Below are positions 1-14,159 of a DNA stretch of 64,000 nucleotides, one piece after another. This stretch comes from Octopus sinensis. Its lineage: Eukaryota. The notes under the pieces were generated by a model. It had not been told where the DNA came from. It made no database searches and saw only the letters and a list, made by a program, of their open reading frames with translations. The DNA is taken from NCBI RefSeq assembly GCF_006345805.1, contig NC_043004.1, positions 3,906,001-3,970,000 of the forward strand. The letters run 5' to 3'. Numbering within the stretch: the first letter of the stretch is position 1; the number at the start of each line of letters is the position of its first letter. The translations under genes were made by a program, and so were the position numbers.

Positions 1-56
1 AACTTATATACATATATAATATATAACGGTGGTTCCCCAGCATGACCGCATGACAT

Positions 57-129
<73 letters not shown>

Positions 130-396
130 ATATATAATATATATATATATATATAAGAGTGAAAAATCTACAGATGACTTGTGTTATATAGTTAAAGAAT
201 ATATTTAAATTGTCATGTTAGAAAAATGTTATAAAATTTTTAGTGTAAAGTAACATTGTTTTTGGGAGAAATAACTGGCTTCGTATTTTCTTTTGAAATT
301 TCTCAAATTTCTTTACCAATATTGTGTCATCTCTTCGCTATGATGTGAAGTAAGAGAATTCCAGACAAGGGGAGATAATCAGGGATTTTCCGGTAT

Positions 397-440
<44 letters not shown>

Positions 441-447
441 CATACAT

Positions 448-601
448 GAAGGGCTTCTTTCAGTTTCCATCCACTAAATCCACTCACAAGGTCTTGGTCG
501 GCCCGTGGCTATAGTAGAAGATGCCCAACGTACCACGCTGTGAGACTGAACCCGGAACCATGTAGTTGGGAAGTAATCTTTTTTACCACACAGCCACACC
601 T
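448..601 (-). mobile_element. SINE family A, 5' head only
   Basis: Reverse complement matches the head of the full copies at 1341-1754, 43511-43924 and 63520-63998 (GGCTGTGTGGTAA...GGTTCCGGGTTCAGTC). Confidence 0.8.
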
Positions 602-824
602 ACAGAAACATAGATGAAATAAGGTAAAGAAGAGCCTACAAGGGCGAGCACCAAACATTGATATTGAGAGCAATAGCAATCCCCGAACTGGGTGCCACTG
701 ATATAACCAAATGTGCCACCCTTCTTATTTGATAATGCGGTGGATTCGGGTTCAAACACACACGTCTTCTGTATTCGGCTTCCACAAAAAAAAAAAACCA
801 AAGATTTACAGATATTAATATATT

Positions 825-966
825 GATTTCAAACTGGTACTTATTTTATCGACCTCGAAAGAGATGAAAGTCGACGTCGGTGGTATTTGAACTCAGCACG
901 TGAAGACGAACGAAACGCCGCTAAGCATTTTGTCCGGCTTGGTAACAATTCTGCCAGCTCCCCACC
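825..966 (-). mobile_element. SINE family B (tRNA-derived head plus central domain), short copy with 20-bp TSD
   Basis: Head AAGGTGGGGAGCTGGCAGAA, B-box-like GAGTTCAAATAC; identical TTTACAGATATTAATATATT at 805-824 and 967-986. Confidence 0.85.
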
Positions 967-1340
967 TTTACAGATATTAATATATTAAAGAAATATATAT
1001 CAGGACACACTATGATCTGACTCCTAGGTGAACATACGTCTATGAAAAGAGAGAAAATGACAAACGAGGGCAGCACTGTCAAACATTCACCAAAACAGAG
1101 AGGGAAAAGAAAAAAAAACAAAAGGAACGCTGCAATAACGGGGGTGCTACAGCATGACCGCAGCCCAAAGGGTGGCACAGTTAAAACGCTAACAGAGAAA
1201 GCGACTACATATTAATGTGAGAGTGTGTGTGTATGTGTTTTGTGTATGTATATACATAGTCTTGTACATATATACAGATGCATATAATATATGTATACAT
1301 ATCAGGCACGTGCCGTCAGTATTTACTCAGGGTAAGCAGC

Positions 1341-1754
1341 TCTTTACTCTTTTACTCTTTTACTTGTTTCAGTCATTTGACTGCGGCTATGCTGGAGCAC
1401 CGCCTTTAGTCGAGCAAATCGGCCCTGGGACTTATTCTTTGTAAGCCCAGTACTTATTCTATCGGTCTCTTTTGCCGAACCGCTAAGTGACGGGAACGTA
1501 AACACACCAGCATCGGTTGTCAAGCAATGCTAGGGGGACAAACACAGACACACAAACACACACACACATACATATATATATACATATATACGACAGGCTT
1601 CTTTCAGTTTCTGTCTACCAAATCCACTCACAAGGCATTGGTCGGCCCAGGGCTATAGCAGAAGACACTTGCCTAAGATACCACGCAGTGGGACTGAACC
1701 CGGAACCATGTGGTTGGTTAGCAAGCTACTTACCACACAGCCACTCCCGCGCCT
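1341..1754 (-). mobile_element. SINE family A, full length (Pol III-type head, internal microsatellite, body, AAAAGAGT-repeat tail)
   Basis: Near-identical to four other copies in the window; B-box-like GGTTCCGGGTTCAGTCCC; tail of AGTAAAAG repeats. Confidence 0.9.
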
Positions 1755-2197
1755 GGTGATGTTTATTTAGTAAAACACAAAAAAATAAGCGAAACACAAG
1801 TGCACGACCGAGTTGAAGACAGATTTACTTCTGCCTTTATAGTACGTAAAGAGAACGGTGTTGTAGGAGTGTACGCAGCACGTGTACAACAGCAATACTA
1901 TTCATAGCTTAAATACTGAGATTGAAAAGCAAGGGTGAATTATGCCTGCCTAATAAAAAAAAAAGAAAAGTAGTTTGCATCTTATGCATTGTAATCAGAG
2001 TAACCTTCATAAAGTTTATTGAATTAGATGCATATTTTGCCATAAAAGGAAAATGTTGCTATCGATCTATTTTATTCAAGGTAGGCAGTGACTACCTTGT
2101 CTACCCAGACAGGACGTCCCTGGTTCATATATATGTATGCATATATACGTTTATCTATCTATATGTATGTATGTATATATGTATGTATGTATGTATG

Positions 2198-2244
<47 letters not shown>

Positions 2245-2427
2245 TTCAGCAAAATTTAGATTCAGATGAATATGGTACTTAAGTTAAAGGCACCAGACTT
2301 TTGTATGGTATTATCCATATAAATCAAATAGGGTACTTATAATCAAAATAAGCAACAAGGATATCCATGGTAGAGTATATACATACATATATATATACGT
2401 ATATGTATATGTGTACACACACATATG

Positions 2428-2465
<38 letters not shown>

Positions 2466-2951
2466 TACACACACACGGTGTGTGTGTGTGCGTGCGTGTT
2501 GCATGTGTGATGTATAAAGACAGAGGCATATATGCGTATACATACACACATACATACATACATACAGATCTACATACGGCTGGAATTAAGGTAAACATCC
2601 GGGATGAGTCAAACTAATAAACGCACCCAAAGAAATCATTCCGTTACTGTTGTTTTCAGCAGAAAATGGTAAAAGCTATTTATAGTTGAAGAACTGCATT
2701 ATTTTCAGGTACATTAGCGACCTTAAAGAGAATCGGATCATGGGAAATTGGCAATGTTAGGAACCGCTAAATTGCTCGTGTCTTAGAATTCTTACGTTTA
2801 TAAATGGTTCGAAAACGTTAATGTGACAAAACTATTCGTGTTTTCTGGTAGTTGGAGTTATTTAGCTGGATTTGGAAGATGATTTCTGGAGAACTGTGAA
2901 CTTATTATCTGCTGGACATTCTGCTTGGATAAATACCAGTTATATTATGAG

Positions 2952-3212
2952 TTGGAGTAAAGATTGTTTGCCAACATAATATGGCAGACCTGGTTTAGGA
3001 CGAACGTTGCTGTAATTTAGCCCCAGGAGACATCCTCTCCAGCTGGCTATACGACATGATCTGTGTCCTTATATTTTCGAACAAGGGAATCTAGCACCCC
3101 CACTCAGCTCAAAACAATATCTGTGTATCGTGATGTCTCCTGAGGTTAAATTACAGCAACATTCGTCCTAAACCAGGCTGCCATGTTATGTTGGTAAATG
3201 ATTTTACTCCAA
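2952..3212. mobile_element. MITE/foldback element with ~82-bp terminal inverted repeats
   Basis: 2952-3034 (TTGGAGTAAAG...GGAGACATC) is the reverse complement of 3132-3212 with few mismatches; non-coding core. Confidence 0.75.
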
Positions 3213-4338
3213 AGTACTGTTGCTAAATATCTCTTGTTGTGAGATTTACAAATAGTAATTTTCTAATATGAATTGTTTGTTTCTCCAGTTATGTAGGTGT
3301 CCAAAGTATAACACTACACTTCGTGTCGGTCAGAGTGCGTAGTACATTTTTCAATTTGAGGAAGTTTGACATAAATTGAACAACAAATAATCTGGGACTT
3401 GCTCCAAGTCATTTGGTCGATTACTTACGTATCTTAAATCTTTCTATCTCTCATGATATATATTACTTATTCAACATTTCACCTTATAACGCTTTTTAGT
3501 CAACTGCCTGACCAACCTTATTAAATTAATAATTATTATTATTCTTTCTGTCTGTAATTAACTGAATTAAGTTTGCTTGGTATGAATGCTTAATTATAAA
3601 AGTATACAAAACGTGATATATTTTGTAGAGCATTTCGGCCAACAATTACTGGCCTTGCGGGTTTCTTTATATCAAATAGCTTGACCCAATCCAGCTAAGG
3701 TAAATTTATCGATAACAGAAAGATTAAGAGTATAGTTATTTCCAGGGTCATACCTAGATCTGATTGTATAAAGTCACTGACCGCCCACGCTTCCGTGAAA
3801 TTGCTTATTACGTTCTTAATAGAGAATTTGGTCTGTTATTGTTTATCTGTTGATGGTTGAAAGTCTTAAACGTAGAATTTTGTTCGAATAGTTAATGCTA
3901 AAATGATACTAAAAACATTCTGCATTAATTTTGTTCATTAAACAACCAACTGAAAGACTTTGGTTCGTATTTGGGAAATTTATAGAAAGATTTCTAAAAT
4001 GTGGCAGATTCCTCAAACAATTATTCTAAAAATATAAAAATACCAACTTACTGATGAGATTTCTATGTTGCCATGATATTGCTTCGATTATAATTTTGTG
4101 CCTTACGAAGCATTGAGGGATTGTTTCTTTGTTCATGAATTACGAAATAATGGAGCATGTTTATTACATTGTTGATGTTGCTCAGCCACAGGTCAGACTA
4201 GGGATCATAAGTTGTTTTTTTTTTCCAATTATGACCATCTCATCTATTTACTTACAGAATATCTCTTTCAGAAGATAGAAGGTGAGATGTGACTGCGATT
4301 TATAGAACGCCAGACGCTGCCTTGTGGAAAAATTAAAA

Positions 4339-4702
4339 AACAAGAGCACTCAGAGAGCGCAAACCTCCTCCAAGGCAACACCAACGTCCGCTCAACGATT
4401 TGCCGGAGAAGATTTTTAAAATGAGAATATCAGAAATAAACTCGACTGCTCTCACTAACGAGAACACTAAAAATGAACTCGACCGCTCTCAAAAACTAAG
4501 TTTAAAAAATGGTAAAATAATCCAGAATCCTTGTCCGGTACCGAATCGTTTCCAAATTTTAATCAGTTCGTACCATTCACGAGGTCAAATATCCGTGAAA
4601 GTTTCATCCGAATCCATCCATCCAGCAGTTCTTGGGATATCTTGTCTAGGGACAGACAAACAAACGAACAAACACGACCGAAAAGAATACCTCCGGAGGT
4701 AA
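4339..4702 (-). mobile_element. Helentron-type non-autonomous element (HINE/DINE-1-like)
   Basis: On minus: T-run flanks at both ends, 5' ACCTCCGGAGGT palindrome, short GTTT/GTCT microsatellite, 3' subterminal GGAGGAGGT, then hairpin GCGCTC-TCT-GAGTGC. This matches the known HINE layout. Confidence 0.6.
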
Positions 4703-5214
4703 AAACAGAAGATATTTAAGACTATGAAGTTGTCTTATTGCGGAGTCATTTGCGGTTGAATGGTAATGGGTTATAGGTCTTATATTGGAATAATTAGTTC
4801 TATTTCTACATAGTATTTCACATAATTCATTTTGCTAAACAGTAGTGAAAGTAGCAGCCATGAGTCACATCTTGTTAATTTGTTGCATTTTACTTGACTT
4901 CCGGTTCTATTCTACTATTAACAAAAATATTCTATAATTACAGAGATCAAAAGATATTTGATTTCTGTAACAATGCAACAAAGTGTTCCCCCTGATGATC
5001 TGTTGTGGTTAAGCACTAAATTGCATGTGGAACATTCCAGTGCAGAGTTCCAAATAACCACAGTGGCAAAACGTACGTAGGGAACAACGGATTTTTTCGG
5101 TAAAAGTAAAATGAAAATCAGATTTACAATAATAATATATTAAATAATAATATAGCACGTAGAGCTAATATGAAAGACACCTGAGAATATAATGAAGGAA
5201 GATACTGAAACAGC

Positions 5215-5640
5215 TATATATATATACATATATAATGGAACAAAAACGCAATAGAGGACAATAAAACACCCGGACAGATAGACGATACAAAGGCGGACAG
5301 GAAAAACAACAATTAGAAGGACAGGAAAAAAAGGACGGGTCATTCGTGGCCTTCTGTCGTCAGCCAAGGTACCAGATGTCCTTATAGTTTCGGGCTGTTC
5401 TATTTGTTCGGTGAATATGATTTTACCTCAAACAGTCATGCATTCATAAAGGTACATTGACACATGAGGATTTCATGGTAGATGAAGGTTTTCGATTGTC
5501 CGAATCGTTAGACAAACACCTTGTGATATTTGTTCCCGCCCTTGGTATCTTCAGCTCAAATAAAACCCGTATATATAACTCGTGACTATTAGCCATCATT
5601 ATATTTTTACTACAATATCCAGATACCATTTCTCTTTAAA
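5215..5640 (-). mobile_element. Decayed retroelement 3' region, possibly Penelope-like
   Basis: Degenerate hammerhead-like cores (CTGTTTGA...CCCGAAAC; CTGACGA) followed by a pyrimidine-rich tail running into (TA)n; similar layout to 24090-24410. Confidence 0.25.
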
Positions 5641-6339
5641 CTCCGTCAGCCATTGGTATTTTATTTAACCCAAGTTGCACCTAATACTCTCGCATTTCCA
5701 TATTTCTTCTATCGTCTTTCTTTCCGCACAAGAATGATTTTTATTTTGTTTTTATTTCCTTTAATCGTCCTCTGATTCTTTGTATTTGCCATCGTATTTA
5801 TTGTCTTTAGTTTTCAGTAGTATTTTTATTTGTATTTTTATGTTTTTCTTTTCTTCATCTTTTCCCTACTATAACTCTTAACACACACGCGCACAAGCGA
5901 GCAGGATACTCAAGCTGATAAGTCACTATAAATGGCCCCATAAATTGTTCTTTATGAAAACATATTCGGTTTTATAGAACACAATTGGATTTTTCTTGAA
6001 AATTTATCTCCCGTTGTCAGAAATACAAAACGATTCTTTTCTACGTTTACAGCAACGTTGTATCTGATGCACTGCGACAGAGATACTTGCTCAGTGTAAA
6101 GAGGAGGCTTCATAATCGAATTGTGCACATGACATAGAGCCACCTGGTGACATATAACCAAAATGACATGTTGCCAACTCATGTATAATAAACAAGGTTA
6201 TAGGATTAAGCGAAAATACAAACAATTTTATTTCAAAAATATCATTATTAAACATATTTTATCTTTTATTCCTGAGATTTTTAGTTTTGAAAATTATTTG
6301 AAAATTTGGTAAAAATTAGGATTTAAACTATTCGTACAA

Positions 6340-6560
6340 ATTCTGTTGTGTCTGGGGAGAGTCATTCTCTTTTAGTGCCTTACAATTTAATACACTCACC
6401 GGTAAAATTTCCACTCATTATTTTTGTGAGTTTGTTAAATAATAAGGTACGAAAAGAGAATGACTCTCCCCAGGCACAACAGAATATGCTTCAACACACG
6501 AACTCACATAAAGAATCTTGCAAACCAAATCCAAAAACGAAATATTCGTAGAAAGAAATC
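6340..6560. mobile_element. Foldback repeat (43-bp arms), same family as 47855-48088
   Basis: 6340-6382 vs 6443-6485 inverted with 3 mismatches; 6443-6546 is the reverse complement of 47855-47955. Confidence 0.7.
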
Positions 6561-6816
6561 ATTGTTATTGGGTATGGGATTTGGATTTCTTGGAGAAAAG
6601 CTACATATTCAAGAATTGGAACTGACCAAGTACAATGTATGCAGCGATGAAGAAATGATACGAAGAGTTGCGATGAGTCTCTGTTCATATCAGTGGTTCC
6701 ACCTTTTCACAGTGGTTCCCAACCCCTTTTATTCAAATAAGTTTTCCCACCACGGACCCCTTTTAATATATGCTTACCCTTATGCGTATATATGTATATA
6801 TATATGTGTATGTATA

Positions 6817-6906
<90 letters not shown>

Positions 6907-6910
<4 letters not shown>

Positions 6911-7058
6911 AAATATAAGGAATGGCCATAATAAGACATTCGACTCACTAGAATTATAACTCAATTCAATTTCAGAATTATAACTATTAGCGGTTTGAGT
7001 TTGGCTGCTCTTTCTAGTTAGTCGAATGTCCTATTATGGCCATTTCTTATATTTTTGA
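6907..7058. repeat. Foldback, 47-bp inverted arms
   Basis: 6907-6953 vs 7012-7058, 3 mismatches; spacer holds a direct repeat AGAATTATAACT. Confidence 0.8.
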
Positions 7059-7216
7059 TTGTACATTATATAGTATTTGACTATCTCTTCTTTCTCGCTG
7101 GACCGCTGGTAGCGGACAGTTTTTTCTAGAATTTTTGCTAGCCTTATATTTATTAATATATATTATATATATATATTATATATATATTATAATATATATA
7201 TTATATATATATATAT

Positions 7217-7342
<126 letters not shown>

Positions 7343-7408
7343 TAATATATATATATATATATATACATATACACATACACATACATATACATACATATAT
7401 ATATATAT

Positions 7409-7734
7409 CTTATAAACAAGGCAAAGGAAAAAAATTCTAATGCCAAATATGCCGAAAAAAGACAAATTGTCAATAACCATATAATTTAACACTATAACAT
7501 GGGTATGAGTAAGTATTTCATTTATGTCTTACGTGTTTATCGCTGACGAGGAGAAAATTCTTACGAATTAACTCTGAAATTGGGACCGATACGGTGATAA
7601 CGGAATTTTTTAGAAATTTCTGTCAGCTTACTTCGAGACGCGTGTTTATAGAGTTAAATTATATGGTTATTGACAATTTGTCTTTTTTCGGCATATTTGG
7701 CATTAGAATTTTTTCTTTTGCCCTTGTTTATAAG
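7409..7734. mobile_element. Foldback, ~89-bp inverted arms, Penelope-like remnant
   Basis: 7409-7497 vs 7646-7734 inverted; spacer contains CTGACGA-GGAGAAAATTCTTAC-GAAT, a degenerate hammerhead-like core. Confidence 0.65.
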
Positions 7735-8134
7735 TTATTTATAAATCTAACCTTTAAAGGTATTTTTTAATATGCTGGCCATTGATAAAATTTTTTTCGA
7801 AAAATTTTTTCCTATATTAGATTTATATATATATGAAATTTTGAATTTAGTTCCCGGGTTCCCAGTGCTACCTTTGCGGACTACCAGGTACCCGCCGACC
7901 CCAGGTTGAGAACCGCTGGCTTATATGATACTAGATTTGTATCCATCATTGCCATAACAATTCTGAACACCCTGGGAAGCACGACGGTTTTGGTGAGGAC
8001 ATAAATAAAGATATGAGAACTGTGTCTCTGGCACATTCTACATAAGAGCGGCCATGATCAAAATAGTTTTTTCTAAAAGTTTCACTCATTAACGGTTAAA
8101 TTCCTTTGGATTTAATGACTGAAAATAAAAGTAA

Positions 8135-8755
8135 CTCACACAGGAAAATGAAGTTGTCCAGTTCAAAAGAACACATCCGTCGGAATCATGTGGAAGCAAG
8201 AAACAACTACAATGAGATGTTCCAATGGAAAAGATAATCTACCAGCCTTTTATAATCCATCGGATCCTCTAAGACAGTTTCTGACTGTCATTATTGAGGC
8301 ACCCTGGCATTTGTTGCAGAACATCAGAAAATACAATTCTGCATTTCAAATGATTTCTTCTAGAGCCAACAATATCGTCAGAGAAGGAATTTCATAGAAA
8401 TTTTTTAGGCACAAAGGTAAATCTACTTCAAAATTAGATCGCTTTAGTCTATTCTCCATAAACTTCTTGGTTTCTGCAACTTTGTGAAAATGAGATCAAA
8501 ACAGAAACACCGTCTACCAAAGTAGAAGGGTGGACTGGATTCTTAAGGAACAAACTAACCACGCAATGAACAGCTGTCTCAAGAGTGTCAAGTATGTATT
8601 GGATCTGCGCCAGACTTGAGCTTTCATATAGCCATTGATAAATACAAAAGACTCCCTGGAAAAGATGCACGTCAGTTCAATGCATCTAAATGGAATGGGA
8701 TCACTGTGGTGATGAGTAGGGATACCACTGGTAAAAGGGACAACATTCTAATGTA
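8135..8755 (+). pseudogene. Helitron RepHel N-terminal fragment, degraded
   Basis: Translates to WKQET...CSNGKDNLP...LLQNIRKYNSAFQM and ...RQFNA...KRDNIL, matching the Helitron Rep N-terminal consensus (CCxxGKVxLP; FLxNIRxYNSAFQMTS); stops and frameshifts present. Confidence 0.8.
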
Positions 8756-10856
8756 GAAAGACTTCACTATAGACACAGACTCTCTAATATACACTGCAAT
8801 ATTCTCGCCTTTATGTCAATAATTAAAAATGGACGTCACTTTGAAATACTAAAATCAAGTTGTTTAGAATTATTTCCTGTGTGAACCTTTATGTCTACCA
8901 CTTCACATTCCGGGACAAATTCTTCAACGACTGATATAGAAGTCAAACTAAGAAGCAGCAAAGTTGAGACGTTATACAACATGAGAATTGAGGGATTGAA
9001 TTTGTTTTCGAAAAGCCACATCGATCGATTGTTAAAGACTGGGGCAGTTTTTGGAACAATATGACCGAAATGAATGGTATATTTAGCAGCGGCCTGGCCC
9101 TACTGGGCATTGGTCAAGGTTCTTTGTCAAGTTTCTTGTAGACATGGGATTCTTTGTCCAGTTGTATCTCTTCTAGACTTGGTATTTCTTCATAGTGATG
9201 TGATGGTTTGCACTGTTATTCCCAGAATAGCATTTCCTTTCTATTTATTCATTTTTACGAGTTTTCTTTGATGAACAAAAATAACAACAAAATTATGAAT
9301 ATCGACTTCGTTAACATATTTCATGATTCTATGTCTAAAAGCAAACAAAAATATTTGAGATTCAGTTGTTTTAGAAATTTTTACAATCTTTTCGCATGTG
9401 TGTGTGTGTGTGTGTGTAAGTATACTAATGTGAATGGGCGAGAATATTTGTTTGAGTATCAAATATTCAGCGGTTCCAGTTCTGTGTACTCATATATTCT
9501 TCCAGGCTTCTAAACTTTCGAAAAACGAAGACAGAGAGTGTTTGAAAAGTATTCAAACTTAAATCGAATTATTGTGGCTTCTGTTACTGGCAGAGAACTG
9601 GTAAGACTTTTTCACACATACATGTATACACTTGTAAACACACGTATATATACATATATATGCATTAAATTCATAACGATATATACATACATACACAAAC
9701 ATACACTTTATATAAATTTATGTGGACACGTACACACACACATAGTCATAAATTGTATAAACATATATAAGTATATATGCATATACATGCGTACATTCTT
9801 ATGTATGTATGCATGTATATGTGTATCTATACATATATACATATATATACATATATATACACACACACACAAGGAACGAGTATGGACAAATGCGTTTAAG
9901 TAGAACACGTTTCTTCGGCAGTGTTGATAGTTGAATGGTTGTATTAGGAATAACATCAACAACAACTTGAAAACATTTTTTATTGTAATAATGATTTTTT
10001 TTTTAATCGTCACTTTTTATCGTTCTTCAGCGAGATCTGGAACGAATATTTGCACATTTAGTCTAAATTTGTCTCGACCCTAAAGTCTAAGAAAAGGAAG
10101 ACACACGGAACAACGTAGTCTATGGTATATAAAATGACAGGACGGCCACGTTTTGAGTGACTTGTATCATGGGCCTGAACACGGTTCGTATGATGTGTGA
10201 GGTGTCAAGATTAAGCATTTCTGGTTGACGTTTGGCGAAGGTCGTAACAGCAGCGTAACTGAAATCGTGGTTTTGTAAAGATTCAATGAAAATTTTGATT
10301 ACTGAGGAAATGTGTTTACAAGATTTAGGAATGTTCTGCCGATTCATTCGTCTACTTCTATGATTTGAAGGATCTTACACTATAACCTTACTCGCGTTAT
10401 GTTTCCCAGATGGCGCTACTTTTTTTCGCTTTCAATATACTTTACCTTATCCATAAAGTTATTCTATGATAGAGGTTTGTTACAATGATATGCTGCGTTC
10501 TTAAAATATACTTCATCGTTCTAGACACTAGTTAACCCGAGACTAAAGGGTAGTCTTTAAAATAATGACAGATGATATGAGTTTCATGGACAATTGACAA
10601 ACTAGAGGATTTGATTCGGTTTGTTATAGGATGTGATATTTACATGTAAGTTTCATATTTACTTCTAGTAAATTAAGTATTTCACAATTTGTGTTGACTA
10701 TGATATTCATGTGCCAGTCTTTGAATAATATGATAATATTTGCCATAAATCTCTCGCTTTGTTGCTTATTCCTGTTCTTTGCTTCATAAAACGTTTCGTT
10801 TACAAAATAAACATACGTTTAGAGCTGATTCCAGTGCATGTTATGGGTAATATTAA

Positions 10857-11078
10857 CCCATTAAGTCCCAGAGTACTTAAATTTCTGAGTATTACTTTGG
10901 AATTTTTACAGATGATTGAAAATAGATTAAAATGAAAAAAAAATTATTAAAACTCCTTTACTTCAAGTAGAAATAGAAATACTCGGTGTCCTAGAAATAG
11001 GACACAGAGACAATGTGATATAGCTTATTTAATGTTCTCATTTAGTGTCCTATTTATAGGACAGTGGGACTTAATGGG
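10857..11078. mobile_element. piggyBac-type MITE
   Basis: Perfect 14-bp TIRs CCCATTAAGTCCCA / TGGGACTTAATGGG; TTAA at 10853-10856 and 11079-11082; two internal GTGTCCTA...TAGGACA palindromes. Confidence 0.8.
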
Positions 11079-11507
11079 TTAAGACACACATACACACAAC
11101 ACACACATGCACACTAACACACACATATCCTGTTATTTTCTGTTATTGATACAGCAGGAGTAACTAAAAGGTTTTGATTTCTTTGTCAAGACACTTATAT
11201 TAATGATTAGACAAATCTTGGTTGTTTATACATCTTGGAAAGTTCTTATATATTCTAAAGAAAAAATACCGTCACTATCACGTTATAAATATGAAAACTT
11301 CCTGCACGCATGAACATCATCAGAACGTGCACACAGTAACATGTGTGTGCAAAGAATATCTACACCTACCCACTCATGAAGTTGTGAACAATTACAGTTA
11401 GTAGGTCTTAAAACTTTTCAAATTTTTAAAGCGTTAAACAAATGTGTATACACATGTGATTAATGCATCTGCATACGATTTTATGTAAGGGCATGTAAGT
11501 GTATGTC

Positions 11508-11558
<51 letters not shown>

Positions 11559-11654
11559 ATAACAAAGGGTAAAATTAATTAATTAAGAAGTAATCAGTAA
11601 TTTCACCAAGTAGAATTCGGCATGAAAAAGACCATTTCATGGTAAGCTTAAGTA

Positions 11655-11708
11655 ATACTTTATAATTAGGGTTCAACAAATCTTTGCTGAACCCTAATTA
11701 TAAAGTAT
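11655..11708. repeat. Perfect 21-bp inverted repeat within an AT-rich repeat remnant
   Basis: ATACTTTATAATTAGGGTTCA at 11655-11675 and its reverse complement at 11688-11708. Nearby TGTTGACGTCACATAATTCCAAAACAA recurs near 12693. Confidence 0.8.
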
Positions 11709-12330
11709 ATATATATACTGTTGACGTCACATAATTCCAAAACAATAAATTTAGTAAATAAATAAATAAATTGACATAATATGTCTAAAATTGATGAATA
11801 CCACCTATTGATCCCCTACATTTTCTTATTGATATATATACATAATTTAAATTTAAAATGAGGGTGAGAAATTTGATATAAATTTAATTAACATCAATTT
11901 AACACCAGTCGTCTAGCATATTAAAATTCTGAAGGTTCAGTATATTGTATTATATACATATAAGTGGAATAACCACCACGTGGACAACCCTTATGCAAGA
12001 AGTAGATCCGCTATGGTCTAACCACTAAGAAATGTTCTCAAGAAAAATTTAGCAAACACCAGAGCATAAGCGAGTGAAATATGTATATGAATAATCTATA
12101 TTTTTGTTACTTTTCATTTGTCTTGCTCGCTTACGTTCTGGTGTTTGCTAAATTTTTCTTGAGAAAATTTCTTAGTGGGTCTACTTCTTGCATAAGGGTT
12201 GTCCACTTGGTGGTCATCCCTCTCATATGTGTGTGTGTGTGTGTGTGTGCGTGTGTGAGTGTGTGTGTGTATGTATGTATGTATGTATGTATGTATGTAT
12301 ACATTACGTTCTCATATTTCATGTCACTAA

Positions 12331-12630
12331 ACTATCATCTCTTCGGCCCCATGAAAGAGGGTTTGAGAGGCAAACATTATTCCAGCGACGACGAAGTGAA
12401 AACTGTAGTGAAGAAGTAGCTCAAATAACAGTCAACAGAATTTTACGGGACAGGGATACATGCTTTCATTCGAAGGTGGAACGTTGCTATTGAGAGAAAC
12501 GGTGACTATTTTGAGAAGTAGGAATGTGATTCACAGAGGACCAGCTTCATTTTGATGTATGATACACGTTCCTGTGTTGGTAATTATACCTGTCCTAAAC
12601 AAAATGGCATTACTTTTTGACTCACCCTCG
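12331..12630 (+). mobile_element. Mariner transposon 3' fragment (transposase C-terminus plus TIR)
   Basis: YHLFGPMKEGLRGKHYSSDDEVK...RRWNVAIERNGDYFEK with in-frame stops; ends TACTTTTTGACTCACCCTCG followed by TA. Confidence 0.85.
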
Positions 12631-12989
12631 TATATATATATATTCTTGTATTCTTTTACTTGTTTCAGCCAGTTGGCTGGTGTTTACCAGTTGTTGACGT
12701 CACATAATTCCAAAACAACGAAAACCGAACTTCAACAAATACAACGAAAAGACCCTTTAAGAGAACCAACCAACCGGAAGGACCCTATAACCGTATCCTT
12801 CAAGGAAACCAACCAGGAAGAACGACAAGCTTGGCCATGGAAGAAAAACGTCATCAATATTTTCACGAATCAAAATCAGATTCATTCGCAGAAAAAAATA
12901 TATAAATGCATATTTCCCTAAACATACCATTACAAACGAAAGCGACTGTTCAAAGAAGATCTGAGAAACTGTAATTTCCTTTTCTAGAC

Positions 12990-13134
12990 ATGATAAACTT
13001 CTGGAAAGTTTTACAGATTTTTACAGTTCCAATGATGGATTGGATATGTAGTCTTCGAATTAGTTATCTCCTTTCTGGTTTTGAGAAGCCTAATTTCGAA
13101 AGATTGGTATTTAGGCCTCCAATAATTACAGGTA
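12990..13134 (-). mobile_element. RLE-type non-LTR retrotransposon C-terminal fragment
   Basis: IPVIIGGLNTNLSKLGF...LHIQSIIGTVKICKTFQKF resembles the C-terminus seen at 41427-41666 (IPIIVGALG...GTAHILRK). Confidence 0.45.
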
Positions 13135-13204
13135 TGTGTGTATGTTTGTTCGTGTGTATGAGTGTGTATGTATGTTTGTACATATGCATGTATGTGTGTA
13201 TGTG

Positions 13205-13520
13205 TGTATATGTATAACACGTGATCCACCAGATGTTCGTATATTGTTACACATCGCATGTCACAATGTGCTTTGCATCGCTTTAGGTTTCGAATGACAC
13301 CACCGCGCTAGTTATGCGAAGAGGACCAACGTTCTTCCCTCTGAATCGGATGTCTAGTCTGTTGCAGCGGTGGTGCCCATTTACAGCTGAGTGGACTGCA
13401 GCAACGTGAAATGTAGTGTTTTACTCAAGAACATAATGTACCACTTGGTCCAGGAACTGAACTCATGATCTAGTAATCATTAGTTTAATAGAGTAACCAC
13501 TATATGCCACGTTCCTTCAC
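13205..13520 (-). mobile_element. SINE family C (tRNA head, TTCTTGAG...ACACT domain, LINE-like tail), diverged
   Basis: Head similar to 49417-49537 and 60731; tail motif also seen near 15475-15520. Confidence 0.65.
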
Positions 13521-13547
13521 ATATACACACATCGCGGGCGCGCGCAC

Positions 13548-13621
<74 letters not shown>

Positions 13622-13698
13622 ATACATAATTAAGATAAAGTCATTATTTAATGATTTATCGCTAGCCAGCGTACAAACAAGACCTATATGTATGTATA

Positions 13699-13731
<33 letters not shown>

Positions 13732-13756
13732 ATATATATTATAATATATATATATG

Positions 13757-13809
<53 letters not shown>

Positions 13810-14100
13810 ATATGTATGTATGTATGTATGTGTGAATGTATGTATATATGTATATGTTTTATATGTATATATATTATATATACATATACATATATAGGTA
13901 TGTATTTATATGTATATATATATATATGTATGTATATGCATATATTTATGTATATATATATATATGTATGAATATATATATATATTAATGTATAGTGTAT
14001 ATATATACATATATATGTTATGTATATTCATATATATATGTATGTTATATATATATATATATATTGTTGTATAAGTAGATGTATATATATATACATATAT

Positions 14101-14159
<59 letters not shown>

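Noticed and set aside
6021-6137. Terminal exon KYKTILFYVYSNVVSDALRQRYLLSVKRRLHNRIVHMT
   Set aside because: Short open frame, ambiguous acceptor, and no convincing homology.
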